This document shows, in pieces, positions 8,406 to 18,700 of a stretch of DNA of 64,000 nt. The position numbers were made by a program, and so were the translations under genes. The notes under the pieces were generated by a model. It was not told the origin of the DNA. It saw nothing but the letters and a program-made list of their open reading frames with translations, and searched no databases. Source of the DNA: Candidatus Brocadiia bacterium. GTDB taxonomy: Bacteria > Planctomycetota > Brocadiia > SM23-32. Numbering within the stretch: the first letter of the stretch is position 1; each line of letters begins with the position of its first letter. The stretch spans positions 11,116 through 75,115 of the forward strand of contig JBKHIT010000019.1 of assembly GCA_046538485.1 (NCBI GenBank), written 5' to 3'.

Positions 8406-9185
8406 ATGGATTGCGAAACACAAGCGGAAAGCTACGTTAATGAAATGGGGGAAGCGGCGGTTGCGCGATTGCGGCGGGTCTTCGGGCTTTCGAGTGTGCT
8501 TTGTGCACTTATAGGGTTATACCTTCTTCTAACGATGCAGCACCGAAGTGGAGCGGTCTTACGGGCATCGTTGGTTACAGTTCTGTTGTGGGGGCTTGTG
8601 GTGACTTCCTATGCCTTCTATTCGCTCTGGTTGGTTACGCAGGAAGCCAGGCAAAAATCGCAAAAAATGCATTGTGAAGATGGGGTAACAGGGCTGAGCG
8701 CAGAAACTGAATTACGGAGGAAGTTTCGGGAGCGACTGCAAATGTCGGAGAATCCCCAAACCATGGCAGCAGTGGGATATGCATGCCTCTCCGGAGTGGA
8801 GGAAATAAATAGCGATTTTGGCTATACGGCTGGCAACGTTGTTCTTCAACAGGTTTCACAGCAAATGAAAGAAGCGGCTCCTGAAGATGCGACAGTAGCC
8901 CGACTTGGAGGTGTGGAATTTGCCATGCTCGGAGAAGGGGATGCGGCGAGCCAGGTCGAAACAGTTATAAAAGATTTTGAGAACAGAGTTCGATCCTATA
9001 CCCTCGATTTGGGGGCCAGAGGAAAAATTGAGGACCTGGAAGTGCGTGTGGGAACAGCGCGATTCCCCCAAGATGGAGAGTCGCTGGACGAGCTGATCAA
9101 AGCAGCTCGTACTGAAGCGAAGCAGGTTAGTTTCGAGGAAATTACGCGGGTAGGAAATAGCTCGACCCAGATTATGAACGCGTAG
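8406..9185 (+). CDS. membrane protein with degenerate GGDEF domain (GGVEF)
   Basis: Two N-terminal TM helices, then DGVTGL..., then RLGGVEFAML where RxGGDEF is expected, ending RVGTARFPQDGESLDELIKAAR. SD GGAGG precedes the ATG. Confidence 0.8.
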   Translation: MDCETQAESYVNEMGEAAVARLRRVFGLSSVLCALIGLYLLLTMQHRSGAVLRASLVTVLLWGLVVTSYAFYSLWLVTQEARQKSQKMHCEDGVTGLSAETELRRKFRERLQMSENPQTMAAVGYACLSGVEEINSDFGYTAGNVVLQQVSQQMKEAAPEDATVARLGGVEFAMLGEGDAASQVETVIKDFENRVRSYTLDLGARGKIEDLEVRVGTARFPQDGESLDELIKAARTEAKQVSFEEITRVGNSSTQIMNA

Positions 9186-9221
9186 TTTCACGGCAGTCGA
9201 CTGCAGGCAAGCTGGATTTTG

Positions 9222-11051
9222 TTATTTCTCCCAGGGCAATCCGGCGGTGGGCTGGTTGGTAAAACGATCAACCTCTACCTGAAGGTTCCCCCCACACCCG
9301 GCCCCCAATTCCACCACAAAATAATGGTTATCCACGGGGTGTTTTTTGCCTCTGAAATTAACGCGTATGCATTTGTTTTCGCCATAAGCGCCCATTTGGA
9401 CCACGATCTTTCGTTTTTGGGTTTGGCTCAAATTGACAAGCTGGAGGCTAAATCCTTGCTTTGTAATGGAATTCACGAGAGCTCCAACATCGGGTGGCAG
9501 CCCGGGGCGGGCTTCTGTGGGATCGTAATGCCATGCTTCTGCCAGGATGGGCGTGCTTTGCCAGAGTGGGCCGATACTACCACATGTAAGGTTGATGAGG
9601 GTATGGGTTGAGACGGGCTGGAAGCGTTGTGCGCGGTCCGAGCGGCGTTCCCAGTCCTCGCTGTTGTCTCGCTTCATCTGCTCTACGCGATGGCGGATCC
9701 TTTTGATATCAGATTCAAACATGCGCCGGGGGAATTCCGGGTTTTTCCCCAGCACGAAAAATAACCACGCATAATCATCCACGTGGTAGAAAAATCCTGT
9801 CCGGTAGCTGAACTTGTGTTTCCCGCGACGTTGAAGATCTTCTTCGATCAGTTTCATATCTTCCGGCCGGAATTGTGTCAGGAAAAGGCGTGTGAGCGAC
9901 CGGTGATAGCGACCTTTCCCATTCCAACCGTTGCTATCATAATGTGATGGAGGATATTTTTTGCCGTTTATCTCTACTTTATTTTCATAAAGCCTTCTAA
10001 TCTGTTTTCGCAAGACGTCCATATATCTCATCTTTCCGGTGAGAAGGAGAGCGTTTTCAAGCGATGGTCGAATCCCGCGGAACATGCTCCACCGGCCTTC
10101 CCAGCAGTCCCACCATTTCCCATTCCAGTGTTCGCCGACATTTCCCGAAAGCCCGACGTTTGAGGGGAAAATATCGTTATTTGCTGCCGCGCGCCGGCAC
10201 CAGGCGTTAATGTAACTGAGGGCCCAGTTTTTATATTTCTTTTGCCCCGTGCAAATATAAGCATTTGTAGCTAATGTTGTGCTCAGAAGATTAACAGGAA
10301 TATCGCCTTTCACGCGGGTCCAATTTTTAAGACGGGGGCGTTTTCCGATTTCCGGCCATTTGTTGCCCCAGTACTGCGGATTCATCTCAAGCAGAGCGCC
10401 GCGGCTGCCGTTCATAGCACTGCGTATAATGTCATACTGGAAATCGTAATTGTTTTCGGCCCCCTGAGGCAGAGCTTCATTGCGGTAGAAACCAGCAAAA
10501 CGAACGAGACGACTGCGAAAAGCGGTGTCCTGCGGGGCGGCCAGAGTGAGCTGGTTGAAGGCCGCGTAGTGTTCGCTGTTATGTTGCCAGTCAAACGCTG
10601 TAATGAATTCTTTATAAAGAACGCCCCACTGCGGGGCATATTCAATTTCCTCGTGGGTGTACTGTTTGATGTGGCCCTCAAAAGCCATTTTAAACATCTT
10701 TAGCACGTCAGCATCGGCGCCAAGGGCATAAAGCAGGGGCCAGTTGCCGCACGTTTCCATGACGTCATCAACGCCGTCAACAATGCTCCAGCGGGGGATG
10801 CATTTCATGTAGCCGCGTTGATCCCAGTATTTGGTGAAGAACATGCGCAGGGCGCGGGTGTTTTCTTCGAGCAATTTGCGTTCGTAAAAGGCCCAGGCCG
10901 GGGGAGACATCGGTCTTTTGATGTGAATAACAACAGCATCTTGCGGCAATGAGGTGGGAGCAGGCACGCTGTTCCCGGGAGCGGATTCTGCGCTCAGGCA
11001 ATTCGTAGCGATGATAAAGAAGGCAACGAGCACCAATTCAAACTCGCGCAT
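9222..11051 (-). CDS. secreted hypothetical protein (609 aa), possibly a carbohydrate-active enzyme
   Basis: Signal-peptide-like N-terminus (LVLVAFFIIATNCLSAES). Long uninterrupted ORF, W/Y-rich. No catalytic motif recognised. Confidence 0.7.
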   Translation of the reverse strand: MREFELVLVAFFIIATNCLSAESAPGNSVPAPTSLPQDAVVIHIKRPMSPPAWAFYERKLLEENTRALRMFFTKYWDQRGYMKCIPRWSIVDGVDDVMETCGNWPLLYALGADADVLKMFKMAFEGHIKQYTHEEIEYAPQWGVLYKEFITAFDWQHNSEHYAAFNQLTLAAPQDTAFRSRLVRFAGFYRNEALPQGAENNYDFQYDIIRSAMNGSRGALLEMNPQYWGNKWPEIGKRPRLKNWTRVKGDIPVNLLSTTLATNAYICTGQKKYKNWALSYINAWCRRAAANNDIFPSNVGLSGNVGEHWNGKWWDCWEGRWSMFRGIRPSLENALLLTGKMRYMDVLRKQIRRLYENKVEINGKKYPPSHYDSNGWNGKGRYHRSLTRLFLTQFRPEDMKLIEEDLQRRGKHKFSYRTGFFYHVDDYAWLFFVLGKNPEFPRRMFESDIKRIRHRVEQMKRDNSEDWERRSDRAQRFQPVSTHTLINLTCGSIGPLWQSTPILAEAWHYDPTEARPGLPPDVGALVNSITKQGFSLQLVNLSQTQKRKIVVQMGAYGENKCIRVNFRGKKHPVDNHYFVVELGAGCGGNLQVEVDRFTNQPTAGLPWEK

Positions 11052-11155
11052 AAGCCAGTTCTTCCTATAATCAAACCCTTAAATCTGACGGCGGTTCAGT
11101 GTAACAGAAGGGCTTTCTTTGAACAATATTAGATCTCTCCGAGGATCATTGGCCC

Positions 11156-11179
11156 GGGTCAGTATGCGGGTCAGTATGT
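11156..11179. repeat. 12-bp direct tandem (gggtcagtatgY x2) in a divergent promoter region
   Basis: gggtcagtatgc gggtcagtatgt lies between the starts of the 11051 (-) and 11360 (+) genes. Confidence 0.6.
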
Positions 11180-11359
11180 GTCGTTTGGCGAATTAAAAGT
11201 GTTGCGTTGACCCGAGAAGTCGAATATGCTGGAAAGTAGAAAAACGTCGAGACGCTATGTGTTTTTTGCGGTTGACAACTGCGCTCGGCGGCGGAGAATG
11301 AAAATTGGGTTATCCAAAAACTTCGTTTCAAGCGCTTCCTGCAGATTTGTGAGCTGAAA

Positions 11360-13015
11360 ATGAAACACGATAATTATAAAGAGAATCAGGACGGAAGAGA
11401 CTGGTGTCCACTGCCCGACGATCTGATGTCGCGGCTACCGCCATGGGTTTGTTCCCCGTGGCTATTCCCGGTGGTCGGGGTTCTGGCTCTTTTCTGGTTT
11501 TTAATCCGCGTGATTCCAAAACCCACTCGTGCGCGCTATCCGTGTCAGCGGGTGGCGATGCCGGTGGCGTTTGGATTTCTCGGATGGATCGGGGGCATGC
11601 TGGCGTCCGTGACGTCGTTCCGTCGCATGAAAGGTTTTTTGCGTAAGGGCCGGTATGTTCTGGCTGTTTTTTGTGTCGTCGGGGTCGCAGTCGGCGCATG
11701 GTTTGCAATTGATCAAATTGCGCCGGAGCGTTTCCTTTGGGCGGATACGGTGGAACATTTTGTTCCGTCTGACAAACCGAATGATCCTATGGGTCGCGGC
11801 AGAGGGATAAATCCCGGTCGGGTGGTATGGGTGCGTGATATGGGAGCGACCAGATGGGATGGAAAGACCGGGCATTGGTGGGATGCCGAAAGCATCAATC
11901 AGAACGTTGTTGACAAGATGGTATCGATGGGGCTGCGACGGCTCACCGGAAAGAAAGAAGACTCAACGGCGTGGGAAGCGCTTTTCCGGCATTTCAACCG
12001 GAGCAAAAAGGGGAATGATGCGGGGTATCGGAAGGGAGAAAAAATTGCAATAAAAGTGAATTTCAACAATTCGGGGTACAGATGGAAGGGGAATGGTCTG
12101 AATACCAGCCCCCAGATGATCCTTGCATTGCTGAGACAGCTGATTGAAAAGGCAGGGATACCTGAAGATGAAATCACGGTATATGACGCATCTCGACTCA
12201 TAGGAGATCCCGTATGGAAGCTTTGTCATGGTGCATTCCCGGGGGTCAGGTTTGTCGATAGAGAGGGCAAAAAGGGACGCATTAAGGCCCGCCCTGACAG
12301 GAGCGTAGCTGTTCATTACGCTGACACATCCCTGCCCGATAGCGGTAAAACATTCTTGCCAAAGTGTGTGACGGGAGCTCGTTATTTGATAAATTTGGCG
12401 CTTTTGAAGGGGCACAGCCTGGCTGGTGTGACATTTAACGCGAAGAATCATTTTGGTTCTGTGTGGCGCGAGGCGGACAAGGACAAGTGGAATGCGGGTT
12501 GGTCTCCGGGGCATATGCATGAAACTGTTTCTGTCCACCAATACAGGGACTTTCCGCCGCGAGAATTGGGCACGTACACTCCATTGGTGGAGCTTATGGG
12601 CCACGCGCATCTCGGTGGGAAAACGCTGCTTTTCTTTATTGAGGGTCTTTATGGTGCTCCGCATCAGAGCTGCGAGCCTGAGGAGTGGGAGTCGGAGCCC
12701 TTTAACGGAAACTGGCCGGCGAGCATACTTGTTTCACAGGACCATGTGGCTATCGAGTCTGTGGGTCTTGATTTTTGCCGTTCCGAGCCGACCCTTAAGA
12801 AATACGTCCGCGGGGCGGTGGATAATTACCTTCACGAAGCGGCTGAAGCCAAAAAACCACCCTCTGGCTCTCAGTATGATCCGGAAGGAGATGAGACGGG
12901 TTTGGGTAGCCTGGGAGTCCACGAGCACTGGAACGACGTCCAGAGAAAGCAATACTCGAGGGATCTTGGGCGTGACCACGGTATAGAACTGATGCGGGTG
13001 GAAAACAAAGAGTAA
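11360..13015 (+). CDS. DUF362-domain protein with N-terminal TM helices
   Basis: KIAIKVNFNN, LLKGHSLAGVTFNAKNHFGS and HVAIESVGLDF resemble the DUF362 pattern. Three hydrophobic helices at the N-terminus. Confidence 0.7.
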   Translation: MKHDNYKENQDGRDWCPLPDDLMSRLPPWVCSPWLFPVVGVLALFWFLIRVIPKPTRARYPCQRVAMPVAFGFLGWIGGMLASVTSFRRMKGFLRKGRYVLAVFCVVGVAVGAWFAIDQIAPERFLWADTVEHFVPSDKPNDPMGRGRGINPGRVVWVRDMGATRWDGKTGHWWDAESINQNVVDKMVSMGLRRLTGKKEDSTAWEALFRHFNRSKKGNDAGYRKGEKIAIKVNFNNSGYRWKGNGLNTSPQMILALLRQLIEKAGIPEDEITVYDASRLIGDPVWKLCHGAFPGVRFVDREGKKGRIKARPDRSVAVHYADTSLPDSGKTFLPKCVTGARYLINLALLKGHSLAGVTFNAKNHFGSVWREADKDKWNAGWSPGHMHETVSVHQYRDFPPRELGTYTPLVELMGHAHLGGKTLLFFIEGLYGAPHQSCEPEEWESEPFNGNWPASILVSQDHVAIESVGLDFCRSEPTLKKYVRGAVDNYLHEAAEAKKPPSGSQYDPEGDETGLGSLGVHEHWNDVQRKQYSRDLGRDHGIELMRVENKE

Positions 13016-13070
13016 CAGGCTGCGTTTGGACAAGGCCATAACCTGCCGTGTCGTCAACATTCCTGCTGTA

Positions 13071-14513
13071 TTATTGTTGTTCTGTCATCCATGCCTGGCG
13101 AATCTCGCCGGCCAGATAGAAGGAGCCGGTGATGCAGACGACATCGGTGGGCTCCGCGTCATTGAGCGCGGTGCTGAGGGCCTCAGTGGGTGATTTGATT
13201 GCTCGGACATTTTGTATGCCGGCAACTTTTGCAGTCGACGCGAGGGTTGTGGGGGTTGCCGCCCGTGGAGAATCAAATTGTGTGGTTATTATTTGTCTGG
13301 CGACGGGGGAAATGAGGCCGAGCATAGCCGAATAAGCTTTGTCCTCGGCCGATGCGTAAATAAAATGGACAACTCGTTCCGGGAAGTGTGTATTCAGGGC
13401 GGCCAGTAAGGCTTTGATGGACTGTTTTGTGTGGGCGGCGTCGAGGATTAAGGCGGGATTGCGATCGAGCAATTCCACGCGTCCAGGCCACCGGCATTGC
13501 TCTATACCTTTTCTGATGGCGTCTGGATGCAAATCTAGTTCCTTGCGGTTGACAAGACAGTCGAGAACGCCCACGGCCGTTGCAGAATTCTCCACCTGGT
13601 GGCGTCCAAGCAAAGAACAGGTCAATTCGCGATGATTGCGGAGGGGGGTTGCTAAGGAAAATCGCCACCCGACCGGAGCTTCGGGGTCACCCTGTGTTGC
13701 GACAAGAGGCTCGGCTGAATGAATCTCAATTTGTTGACCTAATTGCCAGGCAGGGCACTTCAGTTCCCGGGCACGCGTTCTGATGGCCTCCAAAGCTTTG
13801 GGAAACGGTTGGTGCCCCACAATAACAGGAACGCCCGGTTTGAGAATTCCGGCTTTCTCAGCGGCAATCTGCCGGGGAGTTGTGCCGAGTTTATCGGTAT
13901 GGTCCATTCCGATAGGTGTAATGACACAACACCGCGGTTCGACGACATTTGTAGAATCGAGTCGACCACCAAGTCCGACTTCCATAATTGTCCAATCAGC
14001 TTGTTTCTGGCGAAAATATGAAAGTGCGAGAACCGTCAGAATCTCGAAGTATGTCGGGGAAGACTGAGGGCCATCCTTTTTCATCTGTTCGATTTCCGGA
14101 CGGAGTTTCGCAAGGGTCTGACAGAAATCCCGCTCGATAATTGGTTCTCCGTCAAAACGGATACGTTCGCGGATACTGACGAGATGGGGAGATGTGTGGA
14201 ATCCCGAGAGCTGCCGGCCGTTGCGGAGGCAGCTGTCAATGAATGCTCCTGTGGTTCCTTTGCCTTTTGTGCCAGCGATATGAATTACAGGCAAACCATG
14301 ATGAGGATTGCCAATGCGGTTGAGGAGGGCTTCAGTACGTGCAAGGTTAAAAGTTTTATTGGTGTACTCAACCCGCGTGGTTTGTTCATAGTTGGCATTT
14401 TTGTCGAGATACTTTTCGGCTTGTTCTAATGACGGGAAGATGTTTGACAATTTCTTATGCTTTACGGTCTGAGCTGAATTAGTGATGGTGAGACAGCAAT
14501 GGGCAGAAACCAA
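13071..14513 (-). CDS. folC: bifunctional folylpolyglutamate synthase / dihydrofolate synthase
   Basis: HIAGTKGKGTTGAF (P-loop), MEVGLGGRLDSTNV, ITPIGMDHT. The start is uncertain: TTG at 14513, alternative TTG at 14450. Confidence 0.9.
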   Translation of the reverse strand: MVSAHCCLTITNSAQTVKHKKLSNIFPSLEQAEKYLDKNANYEQTTRVEYTNKTFNLARTEALLNRIGNPHHGLPVIHIAGTKGKGTTGAFIDSCLRNGRQLSGFHTSPHLVSIRERIRFDGEPIIERDFCQTLAKLRPEIEQMKKDGPQSSPTYFEILTVLALSYFRQKQADWTIMEVGLGGRLDSTNVVEPRCCVITPIGMDHTDKLGTTPRQIAAEKAGILKPGVPVIVGHQPFPKALEAIRTRARELKCPAWQLGQQIEIHSAEPLVATQGDPEAPVGWRFSLATPLRNHRELTCSLLGRHQVENSATAVGVLDCLVNRKELDLHPDAIRKGIEQCRWPGRVELLDRNPALILDAAHTKQSIKALLAALNTHFPERVVHFIYASAEDKAYSAMLGLISPVARQIITTQFDSPRAATPTTLASTAKVAGIQNVRAIKSPTEALSTALNDAEPTDVVCITGSFYLAGEIRQAWMTEQQ

Positions 14514-14596
14514 TCCCTTCAGGGCGAGGGCGGAGAAGTTTTCAAATAATGGGAGGTGGAAAGTTACAAAAATTGTTGAACCGTTTACTGCTGTTC

Positions 14597-15427
14597 TTAC
14601 TCTTTTTCATGCTCCGCTTCAGCTTCAGGAGGTGGTGTTTCGAGAGCCCCGGTATTTTCTTTTATTATCTCGAAGATTCGCACTCCGATGCCGGTCATTA
14701 CACTTGTAAGCATCCCGCAGAGCATCATGATGAGGGCCATAGCAGAAGTTTCCATCAAAAAATCCCTCAGGCGTTTAATAGCAAAGGCAGATTTTCGCGG
14801 CGGGCCAAAGGGGTTGACTGGCCCCGAAGGCACCTTGAATAATGTGCACAAAAGGGTGAGGACAAGAACGAGAATAATAATTCCAATGAGAGAATTTCGG
14901 ACTTTGTCGAGAGGTACGCCGGCCCCGAGAGACAGGCTGAACAGGAGAAGAAACAGGACATAGAGGCGGAAGTTGCCCCATTCGGCCTGAAATACGTTAC
15001 GCACAAGGCTGACTATAAGAAAACCGAGGCCTTTTATAAAGACGTGAAATCCGCCGGCGTCGAAAGAAGAGATTTCGGGTGCTTCCAGATCAAGGGAAAG
15101 CGGCGAACCGAGGGCAGCATTGGCACCCTGGAGGACTAAAGCACAGATAAAAAGCGGGGCAATTGGTACCATAAACTTCGAAACCGTTGCAAAGCCTTCC
15201 CCGGTGAAAGCCACCTCGCGTTCAGAAATATGATATATATTTGCGCGGTCGACTGTTGCGCCTGTGAGCATGGCAGTAACGGCGATTGCGAACTTTCTGA
15301 TAATAACTCCCGGGGCGGCTATCCAGAGCAGGAATTTGTAACTAAAGGAACTGTGGAGCAGAGAGTGCATCATAGCTCCAATGAGCAAACAAAGACTGAG
15401 CCAGATGAACATCGCCACGAATTCCAT
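14597..15427 (-). CDS. multi-pass membrane protein, hypothetical
   Basis: ATG start, at least 6 hydrophobic helices, acidic C-terminal tail. Divergent from the kinase gene. Confidence 0.65.
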   Translation of the reverse strand: MEFVAMFIWLSLCLLIGAMMHSLLHSSFSYKFLLWIAAPGVIIRKFAIAVTAMLTGATVDRANIYHISEREVAFTGEGFATVSKFMVPIAPLFICALVLQGANAALGSPLSLDLEAPEISSFDAGGFHVFIKGLGFLIVSLVRNVFQAEWGNFRLYVLFLLLFSLSLGAGVPLDKVRNSLIGIIILVLVLTLLCTLFKVPSGPVNPFGPPRKSAFAIKRLRDFLMETSAMALIMMLCGMLTSVMTGIGVRIFEIIKENTGALETPPPEAEAEHEKE

Positions 15428-15782
15428 GACAATATCCTTAAAAATCGCACACTGAATCCAGAAAAAGACATTCCTGAAAATTGATCATGCTACCGAGACT
15501 AGTTTCCCACAGTCGCCCCCTTAATGTCAACAGGGAAATATTACAATCCAGCTTTTGAGTGGTGTTCTGGAGGCCCTTAAGGGTTGAAGAACTGGGCGGG
15601 CACTCCATATAATGTGGAGAAAACTGTATTGCATGCCCCGAGATGGGCCCCCGAATGCTTTGAAGAATGCAGTTTGGCTGTTTACCTGCGGCCTGTCAGT
15701 CGTTAAAATAAAGATGGCTCTTGGAAGTTTCACTTAGCCCGCGGAAAAACCGCGGCAGGTAGATGCGTTATAAGGCTAAATA

Positions 15783-18700
15783 ATGGGTAAAGAAGCTCCA
15801 CAAACATTGGGACGGTGCAAATTGCAGAGGAAGCTCGGCGAAGGTGCTATGGGTGCGGTATACCTTGCGGAGCATACGACGTTGCAGATCCCCGTAGCGG
15901 TCAAGCTGCTTCCGGAACGCATGCTCAAATCCAGCGACCAAAGCGCCGAAAGATTTATGCAGGAAGCGCGCATTGCTGCCAAACTCCATCATCCCAATAT
16001 TGTCAGGGTGTATGACTGCGGGCAGGAAAGCGGTCTTTACTATCTTGTGATGGATTATATACAGGGCGAGACAGTCGCCGACCGGCTGCTTCGCGAAGGG
16101 CGGTTCGACTGGGAAGAAGGGGTGAGAATCGTCGTTTCTGTTGCTGGCGGACTTCATTCGGCCGCAGATAAGGGAGTTATACACCGTGATATAAAGCCAG
16201 ATAATATTATGCTTGATACCGAAGACGTGCCACTTATCACGGATCTCGGTGTCGCAAAACTGGCCGACGTGACCGATTCGTCCGAGACGAAGGATGACGC
16301 AATGTTGGGCACGCCTTTTTATATGAGCCCGGAACAAGTGCGGGACGCACGGGATGCTGATGTTCGTTCTGATATCTACTCGCTGGGCGCCAGTCTTTAT
16401 CATATGGTCTGTGGCGAACCACCATTTCAGGGGGGAAGCATATATGAGGTTATGAATAAACAGTTGCGCGATCCTGTTCCTTCGCCGCGCGAAAAAGTGC
16501 CCGAAATCCCCGATACCCTGTGCGACGTACTGGCGAAGACGATGGCCAAAAGTGCTGATCACCGTTACCAGGATTACGCTGAGTTGATCGAAGACCTGGG
16601 GCATGTGCTTGCCGGCGAACCCGTTTCAGCTGAAGGGGCCGAACGTGAGTTGCAAAAAGAGGCTGTTTCGGAAGGGGAAACCCTTGAACAGCTGCGTGGC
16701 GGGGAGATAAGCGGAGAAGAGATTCCAGAGCCTGCCACCGCTGTGGCAGCACAAGTATTAGGGATGACTGGAATTATTCTGTTTGTCGGCGGCATTGTCT
16801 TTTCTTACCGGGGTGTTCTTAATATGCAAAAGTACGCGGGCTGGGGGTTTGGCGCATTGGCTCTGATATTAACGTGTGTTACTATTTTCAGGAAAATCAG
16901 GCCCAAGAGCGAAAAAATAACAGAGGAAACCGCTGACAGAAGTCGGGAAAGAAAACTGTCATTGTTGAGTATGCTTACCGAAGGACTCGGTTTTTCAACC
17001 CCGGACTTCTATATATCGACAAAAGAAAGTGCCCGGTCTTTTTGCTCCGCACTCGGACGAAAGTGCAATATTGTGCTTTCAGAGGAGAGGTTGTTGAAGT
17101 ACGAAATGACCGATATGGAGGTGACTACTCTGTTGTGTCAAAAATTGGGGGAATTCTACTATGGTCACGCCCTGCTGATGACAGTTCTTGATGGGCCCTT
17201 ACGATTTTTCAACTTCGTTATGAAGCCCATTGATCGTCTGTCGATTTGGGCTGTTGATCGGGTAAGCCGTAGAGGCAGGAAATTGAGCGCGATGGCGATA
17301 ACACTGTGTTTCGTCGTGTTTGCTGCTGTCCTCGGGGTGGTGCTTTTCTTTAATACCTCATTTGGGTTTGGGGTTTTATTTCTACTTCTTGCTGGATTCC
17401 TGGCGCGCACAACGAAACGATATAGCCGGTACGCGTGCGATTCTTTTGCGGCGGCCGTACTTGCTGATACGGAACCGATAAAGTCGATCTGTGCGAAAGA
17501 AGCCATGCTGGAACCTCAGGGCTTGAAAACGATGTTGATTCGGGCAGACGTTGAATTGCCAAAAGAAGATGATGATGAAGAAATGATTCTCGAAACAGGG
17601 GAAATAATTAAATTCGCGTCTTTCTATTCTGGGAAGGAATGGCAGGCCGGGACTATTTCACGGTGGGAGGAGTTTTGGACCGGTCATGCGAAACCGGCGC
17701 TACGTATTAATATGGTTTCGGATGTCGAACCTGAACAGGCACCGACAATTCCCAAAGTGATAAATGACATTGTTCGGGAATGGGGGAGGATGCTCGGAGG
17801 AAGCAGTGAAGCACCGGCAACGATGATACCTGAGCCGGATAGAACGATGCCCTCGGTTCTGCTGGGAGGAATCGGAGGAATTCTTTTGAGCGCGGGCACT
17901 TTTTTGCTGCTTTTGCAAGAACAACAGGTCTACCTTGCATTTGCACTCGGTATCGTTCTTGTATCACTTACGCTGGGAGTGGTGGTGGGTCGGGCGCACC
18001 GCGAAAAAGAAAGCAGTCCACACGACCTTGTGCTTTCTGTTCTTGCTTCATTCGTAGGAGTGACCGTGCCCTATGTGCTGTTTTTCGGTTTTTTGCCGGG
18101 GCTCATGTACTCTCAGGCCATTCTTCAAGTGCCGACGGTTTTTATATTGAGCGGAGTTCTTATTTCGGCTGGTATTCGTCTGGCCTTAAGCAGACCCAAG
18201 AAACGCGTTGAAGAAGAGTTGGAAGAAGAGGCAGAAGGGGAAGCCGCAAAAAGTGAAGAAGAGTGGACGATCGAGGGTGAAGAGGCTGGGGAAGCAGCGG
18301 GCTGGTTCGATGAATTAAGCCTGGAGGAGGGCGAGGAAGAGGAAGAAGTTGGCGAAGAAGAGTTTGGTTCTGGGGAGCCCGATTTTGGCGAGAAAGAGGG
18401 CCTCGAAGGTCCGGGGGCAGAGGAGGAGATGATCGATGAAGGAGAGAAGGAAGAGATAGAAGAGGAAGAAATTGGGGAAGAAGAGTTTGATTCTGAGGAG
18501 CCCGAGTTTGGCGAGCAAGAGGGGCTTGAAGGTCCGGGGGCAGAGGAGGAGATGATCGATGAAGAAGAGAAGGAAGAGATAGAAGAGGAAGAAATTGGGG
18601 AAGAAGAGTTTCGTTCTGAGGAGCCCGAGTTTGGCGAGCAAGAGGGGCTTGAAGGTCCGGGGGCAGAGGAGGAGATGATCGATGAAGAAGAGAAGGAAGA

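Noticed and set aside
9192-9203. The perfect 12-bp palindrome gcagtcgactgc between the convergent genes 8406-9185 and 9222-11051, considered as a bidirectional terminator.
   Set aside because: It has no loop, the stem is short and there is no flanking U-run on either strand.
15768-16604. A 278-aa minus-strand ORF overlapping the kinase domain.
   Set aside because: It lies fully inside the region that encodes clear Hanks kinase motifs on the + strand, and it has no motifs or SD of its own.
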